Shown in pieces: positions 1-12,190 of a stretch of DNA of 64,000 nt; within the stretch, counting starts at the first letter, position 1; each line of letters starts with the position of its first letter. The notes beneath the pieces are model-generated. The model was not told the DNA's origin and ran no database searches. It saw only the letters and a program-made list of their open reading frames with translations. A program made the translations under genes and the position numbers. The DNA is from Rhynchobatus australiae (taxonomy: Eukaryota): assembly GCA_034780895.1 (NCBI GenBank), contig JAUZTB010000062.1:15097262-15161261 (forward strand), given 5' to 3'.

Positions 1-1450
1 CAGGTCCAGAATGTCCTCTCCTCTAGTCGGTCTGTCCACATACTACATCAGGAATCCTTCCTGGACACTCCTAATAAACTCTGTCCCATCTATCCACTTT
101 ACATTAAGGAGGTACCAATCAGTATTAGGGAAGTTGAGATCATCCATGACAACAACCCTGTTATATTTGCACCTCTCCAAAATCCACCTTCCAATCTGCT
201 CCTCAGCATCTCTGCTGCTATTGGGGGGGGACTCCCAATAGAAAGATCGCTCCCTTCCTGTTTCTGACTTCCACCCACACTGACTCAGTGGATGATCCCT
301 CCAGGACATCCTCTTTCTACAGCTGTGACACTGTCCCTGATCAGCAAAGCCACTCCCCCTCCTTATTTACCTCCATCCCTGTCCCTTTTGAAAAATCTAA
401 GCCCCAGAACATCCAACAGCTATTCCTGCCCTTGTGACAGCCAAGCCTCTGTAATGGCCACCACATCATAATGCCACACACTTACTCATGCTCTAAGTTC
501 ATCACCCTTGCTCCTGATACTTCTCACCTTAAAGTAGACACACTTCAGCCCATCCACTGACTGCAATTTTGCCTTTCCAAATGCCTATCCTTCCTCACAG
601 TCTTTCTACACTCTGCATTTACTTGTACACTAAATGCACCAACCTCTGACCTATCACTATGGTTCCCATCCCTCTGCCAAACTAGTTTAAAGCCTCCCCA
701 ACAGTTCTAGCATACCTGCCTGCAAGAATATTTGTCCCCCTCCAGTTCAAGTGTGACCCATTCCTTTTGTACAGGTCATATCTTCCCCACAAGATACCTC
801 AATGATCAACAAATCTGAAACCCTACCCCAATTCCTCAGCCAGACATTCATCTGCCAAATCAACTTATTCTTACTGGCACGTGGCACAGGCAGCAACCCA
901 GAGATTACTATCCTTGAGGTCCTGCTTTTCAGCTTCCTACCTAACTCCTTATATTCCCTCTTCAGGACCTCACCTCTTTTCCTACCTACGAAATTGGTAC
1001 CAATACATACCTCAACCTTTGGCTGTTCACCCTCCCCCTTCAGGATGCAGTGGACCTGATCCGAGACGTCCCTGACCCTAGCACCCAGGAGGTAACATAC
1101 CATCCGGGAGTCTCATTCATGTCCACAGAATCTCTTGTCTGCCTCCCTTACTATGGAATCCCCTATCACTACCACCCTCTTCTCCTCACTTCCCTTCTGC
1201 ACCACACAACCTGGCTCAGTGCCAGAGACCTGGTTACTGCAGCTCTCCCCTGGTAGGTCATCCCCCCAACAGTATCCAAAGTGGTATACTTGTTATTGAG
1301 GGGAACAGCCACAGGGGTATTCTGCACTACATTGCCTATTCTCTGTCCTTCCCGTGACAGTCACACTGCTACCTGCTTCCTGCAACTTAGGAGTGACTGC
1401 CTCCCTGTAGCTTTTATCTCTGTTCTCCTCATTATCCTGTAGGAGCCGAA
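1..1450 (-). mobile_element. CR1-type LINE relic (ORF1 esterase domain and start of ORF2 endonuclease)
   Basis: Minus-strand ORF 747-1103 (VCYLLGARVRDV...VCIGTNFVGRKRGEVLKREYKELGRKLKSRTSRIVISGLLPVPRAS) resembles the SGNH/GDSL esterase of CR1 ORF1. ORF 43-309 (RVVVMDDLNFPNTDW...EFIRSVQEGFL) resembles the CR1 APE endonuclease GDFNFPxIDW region. Frameshifted; boundaries approximate. Confidence 0.85.
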
Positions 1451-1830
1451 GGTACATATTGAGCCATTTGCTTATCTCACAGGAGGAGTTGCTGAGATGC
1501 CAGGCGAGCTCATTCTTTATGCCAAACATGGTTCCACGATGATAGCAGTCCATTTCCAATTTGTCCTTCCAGAAGAAGATGTACAACTACCTTTTTCCTT
1601 GAGCTAGCCATCTTCTGCTCATTGTGTTCCTCCAGTATGGCAATGTCATTGTCAAAGCATCTGAGTTGCCTGACTATGATAATAGAACATTGTTCAGGTC
1701 TGTCACTGTTAGGGCTGTTCATGAGGATCCTATTGTTCCAGATTCCAAAATTCATAGTGAGGATTGGAAGTTGCCTGTGTTTGATTTCTTTAAATGTGAG
1801 TGGTGGGAGGTCTAAGATAAATGGAGACCA
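1450..1830 (-). mobile_element. RTE-clade LINE fragment (endonuclease N-terminus)
   Basis: Minus-strand peptides GIWNNRILMNSPNSDRPEQCSIIIVRQLRCFDNDIAILEE and YIFFWKDK...GTMFGIKNELAWHL resemble the RTE motifs TWNVRTL...PERRTA..ARELxRxDIDIAALSE...YTFFW...GVGFAIKNEL. Confidence 0.75.
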
Positions 1831-2521
1831 GACTGTGCTGCTTGGTGAGTAGCACGCACGAGGTGGACATGCGCAGAGGTGCCTATCAGCAAAAACACAC
1901 ACCACACGCACACAAAATACACGTGCTGTGTGTAGGTTTCCTTGTCCACTGCCATTTCCCTTGTTTCTCTCCCCTTGACCTTTTCCATCCCTGAATCTTC
2001 TCACCTACTAACTTTTACTTATCCTCCCTCAGATCTCCTCTGTCCAACCCTAACACTTCCTTCCTTCTCTCTTGCACCTGGGCATTTGAACTCCTTCCTT
2101 CCCTGTATTGGGCACCCATATCCATTGTTTTTTTTTCTTTAACCTACTCTTCATCCTCTGACCATCTCCCTAGCCCACAGCCTCTGCCATAAATTCCCTC
2201 CAGCCCGAGGATAAAACCCCTGCACAATCACCTGGGTGACATTCCCTTAGCAACTGCTGACCAACATCACCAGCAGATTTCGGGTGCAGAGCAGTTGATG
2301 GTTGTGGCCTCAGGTCAGCAGTGTGTAACTAACCAGTACAGCACAGCCCACTTAGTAATGCCCTCAATTCCCCTATCACCAATGCTCTGGGGTTACCAAT
2401 AACTGTTAGACAGATCACTGCNNNNNNNNNNNNNNNNNNNNNNNNNNNNNNNNNNNNNNNNNNNNNNNNNNNNNNNNNNNNNNNNNNNNNNNNNNNNNNN
2501 NNNNNNNNNNNNNNNNNNNNN

Positions 2522-2917
2522 CACGTTTTAGTGGCCAGTCGGATCCGTAAGGGGCTGAGGGGTCAGAGCAAGGGGGAGAACCCAAGTGATCCAGAGATGG
2601 AGAGCAGGAAGAGGTCTGCAGTTTTACTCTTTACCATCTCCGGCAGCTTCATCCTGCTGTGCCTGGCAAACGTTGAAAATTTCATCTATAATCAGATCAT
2701 AGGAACAGGAGGAGGGACTAATTATTCTGAAATGATTTTATACCAAGTTGGATTTTTGCTCAGTAATTTTAGCTGCTGCACGAACACATTTATTTATGCA
2801 GTGAATCAGTCCAAGTTCAGGGAGGAAGTGAGTAGCGCGATGAAGTATCCGTTCATCTCACTGCTTCGGGACATTCTCAAACTGACCCCCCCCCCCCGGG
2901 GCGCAGTCCAGAAGTGA
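2522..2917 (+). pseudogene. 3' part (ICL3-TM6-TM7-C-tail) of a class A GPCR of the chondrichthyan GPR139/GPR142-like family; 5' part lost in a gap, so status uncertain
   Basis: Open from the gap edge: HVLVASRIRKGLRGQSKGENPSDPEMESRKRSAVLLFTISGSFILLC...LSNFSCCTNTFIYAVNQSKFREE. It has two hydrophobic helices, an NTFIY variant of NPxxY, a helix-8-like SKFREE, and the DPEMESR motif I recall from shark 'probable GPR139' paralogs. AATAAA at 3294-3299. Confidence 0.8.
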
Positions 2918-3433
2918 TGCCAGCGTCATCGCCGAGTATTCATCGATTCATACATAACGACTGAATGCTTGTCCATCATCCTGAAAGCAATGATCTCCTG
3001 CTGTTCAATCCCCAGGCGGAGGATGATCTGCGCATAAAACGTGCAGCTGGCGAACCTCTACCTGTAATGCCCGTTAGATGTTAATCACGTGCCCACAATG
3101 ACAAATCCCGTCACCCACATACCCTGGCAGGGGTGAACCTTCATCAACAACACCCAGGGGTGTGGTTATCCCCAGCCCAAAATCCACAGAGGGGAGTTGG
3201 TATATTGCAGCAACGTGTGTAGTAGATAACACTCAACCCACAAAACTGTTTCCACGGTGATTTAAATAACAAATCACAGAGTTCACAGAACGGAATAAAG
3301 CAAAAGCACAGCCCCTTAGTAATGCCCTCAATTCCCCTATCACCAATGCTCTGGGGTTACCAATAACTGTTAGACAGATCACTGCCTAATCTGCTTCACT
3401 ATCTCCATCAAAACAGTGGTGGTGACAGAAACG

Positions 3434-3469
3434 TCAACATTGAAATCAACATTGAAAATCAACATTGAA
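3434..3469. repeat. Short tandem repeat (TCAACATTGAAA) x3
   Basis: tcaacattgaaa tcaacattgaaaa tcaacattgaa seen directly. Confidence 0.85.
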
Positions 3470-5621
3470 GATATCAGTGACACCACAACAATTGCTTTCA
3501 ACAGACAATGCCTCTCAGACAATCTGGTGACCCTCAATGGACAGGAGCTGTAGAGTGTCCCAGTGTCTTTGCTGACCTGAAGTTCACCATAATTAACACT
3601 TATGAAGTGACTCTTGGATTTTCTACCAGAAAACTCCAGAACTCGTTTGATGAAAATGACAAGGAGATCTAGGAACTAATTAACAAGGCATTCTTGGATT
3701 AGAAGCTCCACCACACCTCAGAAGACAATGCATTCTATAGGCATTTGAAGGCCAAAGTCTGACAAAAGAACTTCTGTTCAAAGAATAGATGGGTGGAGCG
3801 AACACAGGAGGTCCAGCAACTTGATAACCATGCCATGTGTGGAATCAAACGGTACCCCAAACACTGAATGGCCCACCCCACAAAGAGCCAAGGACAGGGG
3901 TAAACTTATGAAGGGCAGTGAGGCAGTCAGCAGCCACCAGAGGAAACACTTTGAACTAAACACCAGTCTATCCTTGTCATGGGTGTCCTTAACTCCAGCC
4001 TTTTCCAAGTCAACATCAGTATTGAGGCTGTAATTACACTCAGCTGGTTCTGATGGGCAAGCCACATCATTTGCATGCCCAACACCAGGGTTCCCAAACA
4101 ATCACCACATCACTTTAATGATCCAGTCCATTGTGGTGAAAGGTTTTGTGTGAATAATATCTACCATTACTTCTAACCAATTATGCTCTGTGCACATTTA
4201 CAAAGTATAACTGCGCAAAAAATTCACTTTAATCCCATGTTTCATTTAGATCTGATTTCATCTTAAGTATTTTTTCAAGTAATTCTCGGAGCTGACAAAC
4301 AATATTAAAAACAATTATGGGAAAGGCCTTTGGACAGTTTTCATCGTACAACTTTAATTCTGTCAAAGGAGACCCCATAAACAGAATAAGAGGACTTGAA
4401 TTTTAATCATTTTTTAATTGGGAGTGGGAAGAACATGAGAGCAAAGGAAAAAAGGAAGAAGAGTGAGGTAAGTAAAGTAGGTGGCATGTATGTAAAGATG
4501 AGTACCAGCTGTAGATTGAGGAAGATCTGGAGGCCAGTTTTGTATTCAAAGTCTAGACATTTGATCCTCAGACCATTACCAGCTACCACCCGACCTTGTG
4601 GAAAAAATGGATTCCTAAATATAAATAGTGTCAGCTTTNNNNNNNNNNNNNNNNNNNNNNNNNNNNNGTACAATCCATTTATTTCATTTCACTGTACGCA
4701 GGCTCTCTATAGGCCTTCATAGGAGATGGAAGATGTAACACACTTTGGTGATTCAGTGAAGAGGCTAATAAAAAGGGGAAGATAGCAATTTATGTACATT
4801 TCCAATGCTACTTGTGAACAATCATTGGATAAATAGCATCCGTGATTTTTGTATGACGGTTCTACTTGAGGCAACTTTTTTTTTAAAACCGCTTTTTTTA
4901 AAAAAACCACTACCAGGTGAATGCTATATTAATAAAGAGTCCCAGTAGCAGGTCACTGTGAAATGATCATAATCAAGAGCTACATGGGTGCGGAAAAGAA
5001 TAAACTCCTGGATATCCCATGTAAACAGTGGACAGAAAAAGAGTGTACCTATTGTTTAACTTTGTATTTGACAAAGAGCTAAGCAGCTTGGAATATTTTA
5101 ATATTATCAGAATTGTTTTATCTTATTTTCTTTTATGAAATGGAGTTTAAATGTAAAATGCATGTGTATTTGTCTGTAGAAATTGATGCTGAGATGATGT
5201 CAACAGCACAATCAGAGGCCTCGTGTCAAATGGCCTCTCGCATGTGCTGATGAGACTAGGGCACTGTGGGATTCATCAAAGAGGAGAACTGCTGAATTCC
5301 ATCAGGGGTTTAGCACTGAGGTCAAGCAGTTGAAGAGATGGATAAATGGTGATCAGAATGATTCCACCCATGGTCTTTGGTGGGTCTGAACAATTAAACC
5401 ATTCTCCTCTACCTCTATGAACTAGCAAATTATTTTCATTTTGGCAGATGTGTATAGGCTTTCTCCAGCCCCTGAATGAACAAAGGACCACTAGCACAAT
5501 TATCACAACTTTTGTACCAAAGTGGAAGTTTTTTTTGAAGTTATTCAGTGGAAGCTTTGAGTGCGTCAGGTGTCATTCAAACCTATTGAGTTAATTTGAC
5601 ACTGTTTTTTCTTCTCCACAG

Positions 5622-5861
5622 GCAAGGAGCCTTTTGTACCAATTTCGCCTCTTGCCCAGAATCCCATGCAGCCTGCATGATCTTTGTAAGCTGTGTGGCA
5701 CAGGAATGTGGGACAGTGGATACATCCCAGCTGTGGAGTGCACATTGAATCACCTAGATTTTGACAGTTGTCCGTATGGAGGGACATCCGCTACTCCATC
5801 TCCAAGATCAGCACATGAAGGCAAAAGAGGAGCTAAAGATGTTTTCACATTCCTGAGATAA
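5622..5861 (+). CDS. TBC1D16: TBC1 domain family member 16 (Rab GAP), last coding exon
   Basis: Acceptor ttttttcttctccacag ends at 5621. The exon encodes ARSLLYQFRLLPRIPCSLHDLCKLCGTGMWDSGYIPAVEC...SCPYGGTSATPSPRSAHEGKRGAKDVFTFLR*, closely matching the human TBC1D16 C-terminus as I recall it. Its position upstream of CBX4 fits human synteny. No upstream exons seen in the window. Confidence 0.93.
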   Translation, partial: ARSLLYQFRLLPRIPCSLHDLCKLCGTGMWDSGYIPAVECTLNHLDFDSCPYGGTSATPSPRSAHEGKRGAKDVFTFLR

Positions 5862-6059
5862 CCGGGTCATCATATTTTGTGCTGAAAACTCCAGTCAGTT
5901 GTGAAGTATTGGTTAGGAAGTGGTTTACTTGAGAGAGGCTGAATCTGAGGTCTTAGTAACTTTCGTTTTTTGGTAGCTGTGAACTAGTGTTGATATGCAC
6001 CCTGATTGCAGGTCAGTTTTGGGCATGTCTGGAATTGATACTGTTGAAAGGAAAGAGAG

Positions 6060-6430
6060 GCCTGCATTTATACACCTTTCCAGGAGCCCCAAAGTGCTTT
6101 ACAGCCAATGAAGTACTTCTGAATTGTAACCACTGCTGTAATATAGAAAATGTAACAGGCAATTTGGGCATTTGATAAAGATAGATGATCTAGTTCAGTA
6201 ATGTTGGTTGAAGGACAAAAATTGGCCAAGAAAGAGTAGATGTCTGCTGGAAATTTTGCCACGGGATCTTGTGTGTCCACCTGAGAGTGTAGGTGAGGCC
6301 TTGGTTTTAAGATTTCATCTGAAAGGTGAAACTTCGAACAGTACAGTATTTCCCATGAACTGCACTGTTATATTGCCCTAGGTTTTAAAGTTCAAGTCAC
6401 TGAAGTGGGACTTAAACCCACAAGTGTTCC
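6060..6430 (-). mobile_element. DeuSINE-type (SacSINE1-like) SINE in the presumed TBC1D16 3' UTR
   Basis: Reverse complement resembles the element at 41510-41935. Shared segments include cccaaagtgctttacagccaatgaagtact, tccacctgagag, ggttttaagatttcatctgaaagg and a tRNA-like end gtgggacttaaacccaca. Confidence 0.65.
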
Positions 6431-8989
6431 AGAACACAGAATACTTAAGACTGTTTTACTGAATCAGGCTGCCTTGAAGTAGAGAAGCTATATAGGGAAA
6501 GGGAGCTTGTTGTAGCCCAACCATTTAAACCTGCAAAGATACAGGTGTCTTTATAGGGGATTCTTTCGTAGCCCCAAATATACTGTCCAAGTTGAATGAT
6601 TGGAAAAGGGATATTCTGGAACATTTATATGTAATGCAAAAAATACATCTGAATTTTTGGAAGATGTTGTTGAAGGTTAAAAAAAATATGAAGTTTAATC
6701 GATAATTTGTATTGAGTGTAACAATTCAGTGCTGATTTTAAATGTATTTTGAAAATGCTGGCACCCAATTATCTACAGTATCGAAGATAAATCTTGGTTA
6801 ATCACATCCCCATCAACAAACTGTTCTATCTTAAAATATATTTCCGATTTCAGATATATACAGTAGCTAAATGCATTGCAGTTTCACATATGCTTTTAAG
6901 CACATGTATAGTGTTAAGCTGCGGATTTGTGAGAGTGTGGGAATTCAGATTTTTATTGCAAAGATAAAGTTTCAATTGGGTTACTTTTGGGGAAAAGTAA
7001 AGCAGCCTATTTATCAGATTCTTCCTACTATACGAAAACTAAGTTCATGTATCCAAGAAAATTACTTGTATAAATTGATGTTAAATTGCTGCACTTTGAT
7101 TTAACTATAATTAATTTTTTTTTAAAAAGTGAGATTTGTTCTGGGCAATATTTCTCATCTTCTGAAATATTCTTAATGTGTTAGGCTTCTCTTGAAAATT
7201 GTAGTTCCTACGCTTAAATGTCATACTTTGATACACATGCAATTCAAACAGGTTGTCAGTGAAAGGATAAACATAACTTGACAACCATGCTCATATAACT
7301 TTCAGGTATCATTTTCAGGGTTTTCATATTATCCTTTAATTTGTTTAATCATTCACTTTGATCTTTAAGCAGCATCACCAATATATTTGCTTAATCAGAT
7401 ATGAAATATTGGCACCAATGACACTGTAGTAACTTCAGTCAAACTCAATCCCCTCACAGTGAATAATGGGGGAATACCAAACACCAGAATAGATTTCAGC
7501 ATAAGTTTTGGCTGAGTGCTGTTTTTTTCTGTCACTAATGAAAACCATTTGAGGCAGCTGTCGTATAGCCAGTTTATATAACTAAATGATGATAGAATGA
7601 CAGGCATTTCCAAAAGTAATATCTGTAGGTGAAAGTTGTAGATTACTTGTCTTTGAAAGCACAATTTCTTCAATTTACTCTANNNNNNNNNNNNNNNNNN
7701 NNNNNNNNNNNNNNNNNNNNNNNNNNNNNNNNNNNNNNNNNNNNNNNNNNNNNNNNNNNNNNNNNNNNNNNNNNNNNNNNNNACTCTATACTTTCTGTCA
7801 CGTAAACCTGTGAAATCCTCCTCAGCCACTATTCTATATGTCTCTGTTATCTTGCCCAATGTACAAAAGAAAGACCATATAATTTAAGTTCAGTTACCTA
7901 TAAATCGTAGTTGGATTAATTTCTCTTAAAAAAAGTTGGAGTGTCTGAAAATCTGAAGGAATACATAAAACGTCACCAAGTAACCTTCAGAGTTGTTTGT
8001 ATATTCTTTAAAGCTTTGGAAATTTCCTGGAGATTTTGGGCAAAATATTCAATTGACTATTTTCAAGTTAACATTCAGAGGACGGAAGAGATGGTTATGG
8101 TACAGTTTAGATATCAGGTGGCAGATAATTGGATGTGCTGGAAATCTCAGAGTTTAAATATATTTGTGCTCATAGAACACGTGTGGGTGAAGTTAATGTA
8201 GACATCCTCTGGCTACACCCTAGATGTCAGGAACCATTTCTGAAGCACAATCTATTCCCTTGTTCTCAGTGGGCTGATTCAAAAATTAAGGGTTTCATGT
8301 ATTAACTTCAAGAAATTCACATATTCCAAGTAACATTTACAGGGTATCTTAAAAATATAACTTCTTACAAATTCTTCATGTTTTATATTTCTAGTGTTTC
8401 AGAGGTACCTTAAGTTCTTCAGTTTTAAAGTGTGTTTGTGGNNNNNNNNNNNNNNNNNNNNNNNNNNNNNNNNNNNNNNNNNNNNNNNNNNNNNNNNNNN
8501 NNNNNNNNNNNNNNNNNNNNNNNNNNNNNNNNNNNNNNNNNGTGGTTGCAGGTCATATAGGTTGGTTCAAAAAAATAATAGGAAGTAATAGAAAACTGGT
8601 CATACTAAATACCTTGAAGTGAACAATTTGGTGACTTTCCACCAACTGTTTCAGTTTAGATATAATAGTCACATGATGTGCTGCAATATCAGATGTTGCT
8701 CCTAATTTCTGAACTGGCTTCTAAAATTGAAGGTACAGTCCAGTTTCTTGTCATAAACTGTGACAATATTGCACTATTGATGTGTTTTTTTTAAATAAGC
8801 ACACACTTCTTTCTTGTGCTCATTTCTCATTGCCAAAGTTTGATTTCCTCACCATCTATGCTTTGAAATTTGTTTTTCTTCATTTTTGATCTTATTTGAT
8901 GAGGTTAATAGCCTTATGCATTTCTTTTGTATTTTTATCATTGACCACAGAACTGTAAAACTGTTATTAATTTCTCAAAATATGCAATT

Positions 8990-9990
8990 GAGTTAGTGTT
9001 GTATAGCATAAAAACAGGCCTTCAGCCCATCACATCTATGTCAGCCATCATGCCTCTCTGTACTAATGCCTGAATTAATTCCATATCCATGCCTTGCTCA
9101 TTCAAATACCTTTTTAAGATGCCTCTTACTGTTCTTGCTTACACCACTTCCTCTGGCAGCTTATTCCAGATACCAACTTTTCTGTGTGAAAAATTTACCC
9201 ACCAGAGCCCCTTTAAACCTCCTTTCTCTCACCTTAAACTTATGCCCTCTAGTTTTAGACACCACATGGGAAACAGACACTGGCTCTCCATGCCTCTCAT
9301 AATTTTATGTACCTCTATCATATCGCCTCTCAATCTCCTTTGCTCCAGGGAAATCATACTTAGGCTATCCAGTCTCTCTTGATAACCCAAGCCCTCCAAA
9401 TCCAGGCAACACCCTTGTGAATCTTCTGTGCATCCTCTCTATCTTAATCACGTCTGTCCTATACTGTGGCACTTTCCCAGTTGACCTTTGTCCTGTTGAA
9501 ACCTTAGACAATCTTCTTCACTGTCCACCACACTACCGATTTTGGTGTCATTTGCAAACTTACGAATCATTTCACCCACATTCTTGCCCAAATCATTAAT
9601 AGATATGACAAACAACAGAGGATCCAGCACCAATCCCAGTGGCACACCACTGGTCACAGGTCTCCGATCTGAAAAACAACCCTCCACTACCACCCTCTAC
9701 CTCCTTCCATCAGGCCAATTTTGTATGTAGTTTTCTAACTCACACAGGATCCCCTGGGTTCTAACCTTTCAAGCCAGCCTACCATGCAGGACTTTGTCTT
9801 TGCCTTGCTAAAATCCATGTAGATAACGTCTATCACCCTGCCCTTGTCAATCCTCTTGTCACCTCTTCAAATTCATGTGACATGACTTCCCTCGCACAAA
9901 GCCATGCTGACCATCCCTAATCAGTCCTTGCCTTTCCAAATGCAAATACATCCTGTCCCTCTGAATCCCTTCCAATAATTTTCAAACTAC
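8990..9990 (-). mobile_element. CR1 LINE 3' portion (RT C-terminal half and 3' UTR)
   Basis: ORF 9448-9693: VVEGCFSDRRPVTSGVPLGLVLDPLLFVISINDL...IRKFANDTKIG (CR1 RT GVPQGSVLGP and FADDTK motifs). Typical 3' tail aacaggccttcagcccatc. Confidence 0.9.
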
Positions 9991-9999
9991 TGATGTAAC

Positions 10000-10950
10000 C
10001 TGTAGACTTCATGGGGTTGGGCATTATGTAGACAATAAGGGATTGGCTATAGGCCAGGGAATGGAGAACAAGGATAAATGGGTTATTTTCAAGTTTACAG
10101 GCGTTTATGAATGGAATGCAACAAGAATCAATACTGGGATTTCTATTGTTCATGATCTATTTTAATGGCTATAGCAAAAGGATAGAATATCATGTATCTA
10201 GGTTTGCTTACAATAAAAGTTATGTAAAATAAAAATGAGTTGTGAGAGGATGCAAAGAGTTTGCAATGGATAGAGGTTAAGTGAATGCACAAGAAGGAAG
10301 CTGATTAAATAAATATGGGTATACAGAGGGTTCCACATGTGTTTGTACACAAAATATACAAGGTGCAGGTGGAACTAACAATTGGTATATTGGGGCTTTA
10401 CCACAGAGGGGTTGCACACGACGAGTTAGGAAACCTTAAGGCAGTTGTACAGCATTTTGATGAAACCATATCTGGAATACTGTATGCAGTTTTTGTCTCT
10501 ATACCCAGAAGTGCATGTATTTGTCTCGAGGCAACACAGCATAGATTCACCAGATTGATTCTTGGGAAGCAGGAAATGTCCTATTTTGAGAACTTTATGT
10601 GGGAGAAGTCGATACTCACCGGAGGTAAAGATAAGAGATGATTTCAGTGAGGTAGATTGACAGGATTGATGGTGAGAAGCTGTTTCTTATCGTTGGAAAG
10701 TTCAGCATGAGCGATCAGGGATTTAGGAATGAGAAGTTTTTCCTTATAATATTCAAAATTCTGTACTCTGAGGAGCTATGGATGCTCAGTCACTGATTAT
10801 ATTCAGGGCTCAGATTAAAATATTTTTGGACACTATGGTAATCAAGGTATTTGAGAATAAGATGGGGCAGTGAACTTGAGGCAGATAATCAGCAATGATT
10901 TTACTAAATGGCAGAACAGGCTCAAGGAATTATATGGCCCCTGCTATTTC
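10000..10950 (+). mobile_element. Older CR1 LINE 3' fragment
   Basis: Degenerate RT/C-terminal peptides (RPYLEYC-like, LEATQHRFTRLILG) and a CR1-like 3' tail ending aatggcagaacaggctcaagg...cccctgctatttcttat. Confidence 0.7.
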
Positions 10951-11324
10951 TTATATTCTGTGCACAANNNNNNNNNNNNNNNNNNNNNNNNNNNNNNNNN
11001 NNNNNNNNNNNNNNNNNNNNNNNNNNNNNNNNNNNNNNNNNNNNNNATTATGTTCCTTTATATGTGGAACCAATGTCAATGTTGCCTGATAGAGAATAAA
11101 GGAACATTTTCAAACTGTGTTCTTACTTTGTACATTGAAGTTTTTAACTGTAACATTAAAACTTTGACTGTCTCTAACCAGTTTGGGTAACAATGACTAA
11201 CAGAAATATCAAATTGATTGCATGACCAAGAGATAAAATGCTAGGACATTAATCATTCATTTTTGAAATCCAGTTTCATAGGTAATATGGTGTTCTGTAA
11301 TGGAAGACTGAGTGATAATCATTT

Positions 11325-12190
11325 TAGAGAATGTAAAACAGAACTGTACAGCACAAGAACAGGCCCTTTGGCCCACAATGTCTATGCTGAACATGATGCC
11401 AAATTAAACTAACTCCTTCCACCTGCACGTGATCCATCTCCATCTGTTCACGTGTCTGTCTAAATACCTCTTGAACATTGTTTTTGTATCTGCTTCTACC
11501 TTCTCCCTTGGCAGCACATTCCAGACACCACTCTTTGTGTAAAAAAAAATTGCCTCACACATCTCCTTTAAACCCCAACTGCCCCCTCCCCCCCAACTGC
11601 CCATCATAAACCTATGGCCTCCAGTATCTGACCTTTCCACCCTGGTTTGAGATTAGGGAGGGTGGGGGGCACAGGGTAAATAGGGAATGCCTCTCGTAAG
11701 TTTATATACTTCTATCAGGTTGCCCCTCAGCCGCTGATGCTCCAGAAAAAAAATCCAAGTTTATCCAACCTCTCCTTTATTGCTAATATGCTCCAATCCC
11801 CAATTGTGGTGAGCCTCTTCTGCACCCTCAACAAAGTGTCCACATCCTTCCTAAAGTGTGGCAACCAGAACTGCACATAATACCCCACATATAGCCTAAC
11901 CAAAGTTTTATACAGCTACAACATATCTTCCCAANNNNNNNNNNNNNNNNNNNNNNNNNNNNNNNNNNNNNNNNNNNNNNNNNNNNNNNNNNNNNNNNNN
12001 NNNNNNNNNNNNNNNNNNNNNNNNNNNNNNNNNNCCAAATGTAGCCTAACCAAAGTTTTATACAGCTACAACATATCTTCCCAACGTTTATACTCAATGC
12101 CCCGATTAATGAAGTAAGCATGCCACTTGCCTTGTTTACCACCCTGTCCATTTGTGTTGCCTTTTTCAAGGAACAATGGACTTGCAAACA
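11325..12190 (-). mobile_element. CR1 LINE 3' end
   Basis: Peptides QVHCSLKKATQMDRVVNKASGML and SGVWNVLPREKVEADTKTMFKRYLDRHVN; 3' tail acagcacaagaacaggccctttggcccac. Contains a 100-N gap with duplicated flanks. Confidence 0.85.

Larger units (their letters stand above)
2340..4100 (+). mobile_element. Degenerate RTE-clade LINE, interrupted by the GPCR fragment at 2522-3304
   Basis: TDHCLI (resembles the RTE endonuclease end WTDHRL), LKFTIINTYEVTLGFSTR...FDENDKEI (~3577-3670), and a C-terminal SIEAVITLS...SHIICMPNTRVPKQ-like segment (~4018-4100). Heavily deleted internally. Confidence 0.6.
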
